The position numbers and the translations under genes were made by a program. A DNA stretch of 64,000 nucleotides, taken from the NCBI GenBank assembly GCA_020635815.1, contig JACJZB010000006.1, positions 40,192-104,191 on the forward strand, in the 5' to 3' direction. This DNA is from Flavobacteriales bacterium. GTDB lineage: Bacteria > Bacteroidota > Bacteroidia > Flavobacteriales_E > Vicingaceae. The notes under the pieces are model-generated. The model made no database searches, had not been told where the DNA came from, and saw only the letters and a list, made by a program, of their open reading frames with translations. This document shows, one piece after another, positions 61,735 through 64,000 of this stretch (position 1 is its first letter; the number at the start of each line of letters is the position of its first letter).

Positions 61735-64000
61735 TTAAAGACTTACCAATTCTCTATCTTTAATGTAAAGCAAATAACTCTTTACATTGGTATAACCCAT
61801 TTCAAGTAATATGGTTTGGTAATTAGCCAATTGCATTAAATGTGATGCTTCTTGATTTCCTGTTTTATAATCAATAATAAAAGTTTCGTTATTTTTTTGT
61901 ACTACCCTATCTGGCTGATAGGTTTTACCCGATGGTAATAAAATAGATGTTTCATTAATTACCTTGTCTAAATCAGTAAAAAAAGGTTTTATGGTTGGTA
62001 AACTTAAAATATCCTTAATTTCTTGGCTAATATCTTCTGCTTCTTTTGGATTGATTATACCTGCTGATAAATACTTCTTAATTACACTCTCCAAGTCTGC
62101 TATCGTTTCTATATCGGCTAGTATTTTGTGTATTAATCGACCATATTCTGTTGCCGACTCCAAATGTTCCGTTTCCCATATTTCTGGAGCTTGGAAGCTA
62201 ATCTCAATTTTATCTCGCCAATTATTGTAAACTACGGCGGTAAACTCTTCATTTTTATCTTGTTTTTCCTCTTCATCCCTTTTTAACGGTAAAAAAGTGC
62301 CAAACTGATAAGCTGATTCGTTTATTTTTTTAGCTGGATTTAACTCACAATAATCAAAAAATAACTTACTAATGTTTATTGCTTCACTTTGTGATGCTTT
62401 TTTAGGTGCCTTATAAAGTTTACTCAAAATGTACAACCTATCTTTTGGGCGAGTTAATGCTACATAAAGAATGTTAATCAAATCTAACTTCGATTTTTCA
62501 ACCTCATTTGTAAGTATAGCCTCATATCTTGTTCCTTTCAGTGCTGCACTTAATGGTAAAATGGCTGTTTTAAATCGCTCTATATTTGTATCATTTATCC
62601 AACTAAAGTCTTCAGTATTTTTACTCATAGAGTCGGCATACGGATAAATAACCACGGGAAATTCTAACCCTTTAGATTTATGAATACTCATAATCTTTAC
62701 CGCATTTATTCCGTCGGGAATAACAATAGAAAACTTACTACTTTTATTTTCCCACCACTCTAAAAAGTTAACTACCGAATTATCAAATCTGGCTGCATAT
62801 TCTTGAATTTTATCAAGAAAGAACTGAATGTAAATATTTACTTCTTGGCTTAAATTAAAGTGACGAATTAAATATTCTGTTAATTCATACAACGAATAAT
62901 TGGCTATATTTTTGTAATCTAATGTTAACGCTTTGCTCGAAAGATAAACTTCCAAAGTATTGAAATTCTTATGATTATAGATGTCAATTAACTTATCTGT
63001 TTTAAACTGATTGTTAACTAAATAGTTAATAATTGGCAACTGAAAACTAACTTCTTTTGGACTTGCTAAAAAGTTAAAAACATTGAGTAAAAATTTTACC
63101 TCAGCCGAATTGTTCAACAACAAACTCTCAGAAGAAACAACAGGAATTCCTTGCTCCAACAATATTGAGGCAATAGCTGAACCTTCTTTGTTTCCTCGGG
63201 TTAAAATGGCGATATCTTCCAACTTATAGCCTTCTGTTTCCGAAGTTGTATGCTCAATAATTTCTAAAATCCGATTATAAGTCAACTCATCAAATTCATC
63301 TTTATCTTCGGCTTCTAACAAGTCAATCTCTACTCCACCACCAATATTATCAGCGGCAAAATGTTGCGATAAGTTATTGTATATTTCTTTATAATCTCCA
63401 GAAAGGTTGTTGGCAATAAAACTAAAAAACTGATTATTAAAATCAACTACCTCTGCTTTCGACCTAAAGTTGGATGCTAGATTTTCTTCTTTATAATTTC
63501 TAACAAAAGCTGTTTCTCGCTCTTTTATCAGCTCGTTATTATTATTGTTGTGTAAATAAGGCAGCTTTATAATTTGCTCCACTTCTCCACCTCTAAAACG
63601 ATAGATGGCTTGTTTCGCATCGCCAACTATCATACTAAACTTACCATCTGCCAAAGAGTTATCTACCAACGGAATTAAATTGTGCCATTGAATGATTGAA
63701 GTGTCTTGAAACTCATCAATCAAATAATGCTTGTACTTCTCTCCTAGTCGTTCGTAAATAAATGGAATGGGCTCGCTAGCTACTATTTTAGCTATCTTTT
63801 TATTAAAATCAGAAATACTTAATACACTGTTTTCTTTCTTATATTCTTGTATTGTTTTTTCAATTTCGTTGAGTACTGCTAAATTGTAAATATTTTTAAT
63901 TAAGAGCTTATTGATAATATATTCTTCGCCTTTTTTATCGATTAAAGCTTTTGAAGAATTATACCAGGCTATAAACTCATCCTGATGAGTATCTATTAAA
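61735..64000 (-). CDS. UvrD/AddA-like helicase-nuclease, 5' part outside window
   Basis: HYLIDEFQDTS, VGDAKQAIYRFRG, HKSKGLEF, YVALTR and C-terminal IIDYKTG; frame stays open to the window end. Confidence 0.9.
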   Translation of the reverse strand, partial: LIDTHQDEFIAWYNSSKALIDKKGEEYIINKLLIKNIYNLAVLNEIEKTIQEYKKENSVLSISDFNKKIAKIVASEPIPFIYERLGEKYKHYLIDEFQDTSIIQWHNLIPLVDNSLADGKFSMIVGDAKQAIYRFRGGEVEQIIKLPYLHNNNNNELIKERETAFVRNYKEENLASNFRSKAEVVDFNNQFFSFIANNLSGDYKEIYNNLSQHFAADNIGGGVEIDLLEAEDKDEFDELTYNRILEIIEHTTSETEGYKLEDIAILTRGNKEGSAIASILLEQGIPVVSSESLLLNNSAEVKFLLNVFNFLASPKEVSFQLPIINYLVNNQFKTDKLIDIYNHKNFNTLEVYLSSKALTLDYKNIANYSLYELTEYLIRHFNLSQEVNIYIQFFLDKIQEYAARFDNSVVNFLEWWENKSSKFSIVIPDGINAVKIMSIHKSKGLEFPVVIYPYADSMSKNTEDFSWINDTNIERFKTAILPLSAALKGTRYEAILTNEVEKSKLDLINILYVALTRPKDRLYILSKLYKAPKKASQSEAINISKLFFDYCELNPAKKINESAYQFGTFLPLKRDEEEKQDKNEEFTAVVYNNWRDKIEISFQAPEIWETEHLESATEYGRLIHKILADIETIADLESVIKKYLSAGIINPKEAEDISQEIKDILSLPTIKPFFTDLDKVINETSILLPSGKTYQPDRVVQKNNETFIIDYKTGNQEASHLMQLANYQTILLEMGYTNVKSYLLYIKDRELVSL

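Overview
AT-rich bacterial chromosome segment that looks like Bacteroidota (Flavobacteriales-like): it has T9SS C-terminal sorting domains, TAnnTTTG promoters and a Bacteroidota-type primary sigma factor. The backbone carries housekeeping genes (slyD, tpx, dnaK, panB, htrA-like protease, rpoD, gap, thrS-infC-rpmI-rplT, cdaA, a DEAD-box helicase, a UvrD/AddA-like helicase), repeat-rich envelope proteins, a broken IS110 that retains a bridge-RNA-like leader, and an IS3. The main discovery is a 17,097-bp element (25008-42104). It is bounded by 88-bp terminal inverted repeats and an exact 8-bp target duplication (AAAATATT), and it is inserted in the loop of a terminator hairpin. It encodes two divergent, outward-facing IS1595-family transposases with long basic insertions, and I could see no internal IS ends. 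Its cargo comprises an ECF sigma/anti-sigma pair with a membrane-anchored TPR-CHAT protease, secreted proteins and lipoproteins, two candidate structured RNAs, and small ORFs with phage-like signals near both ends. All calls come from reading the sequence by eye; no searches or folding programs were run.
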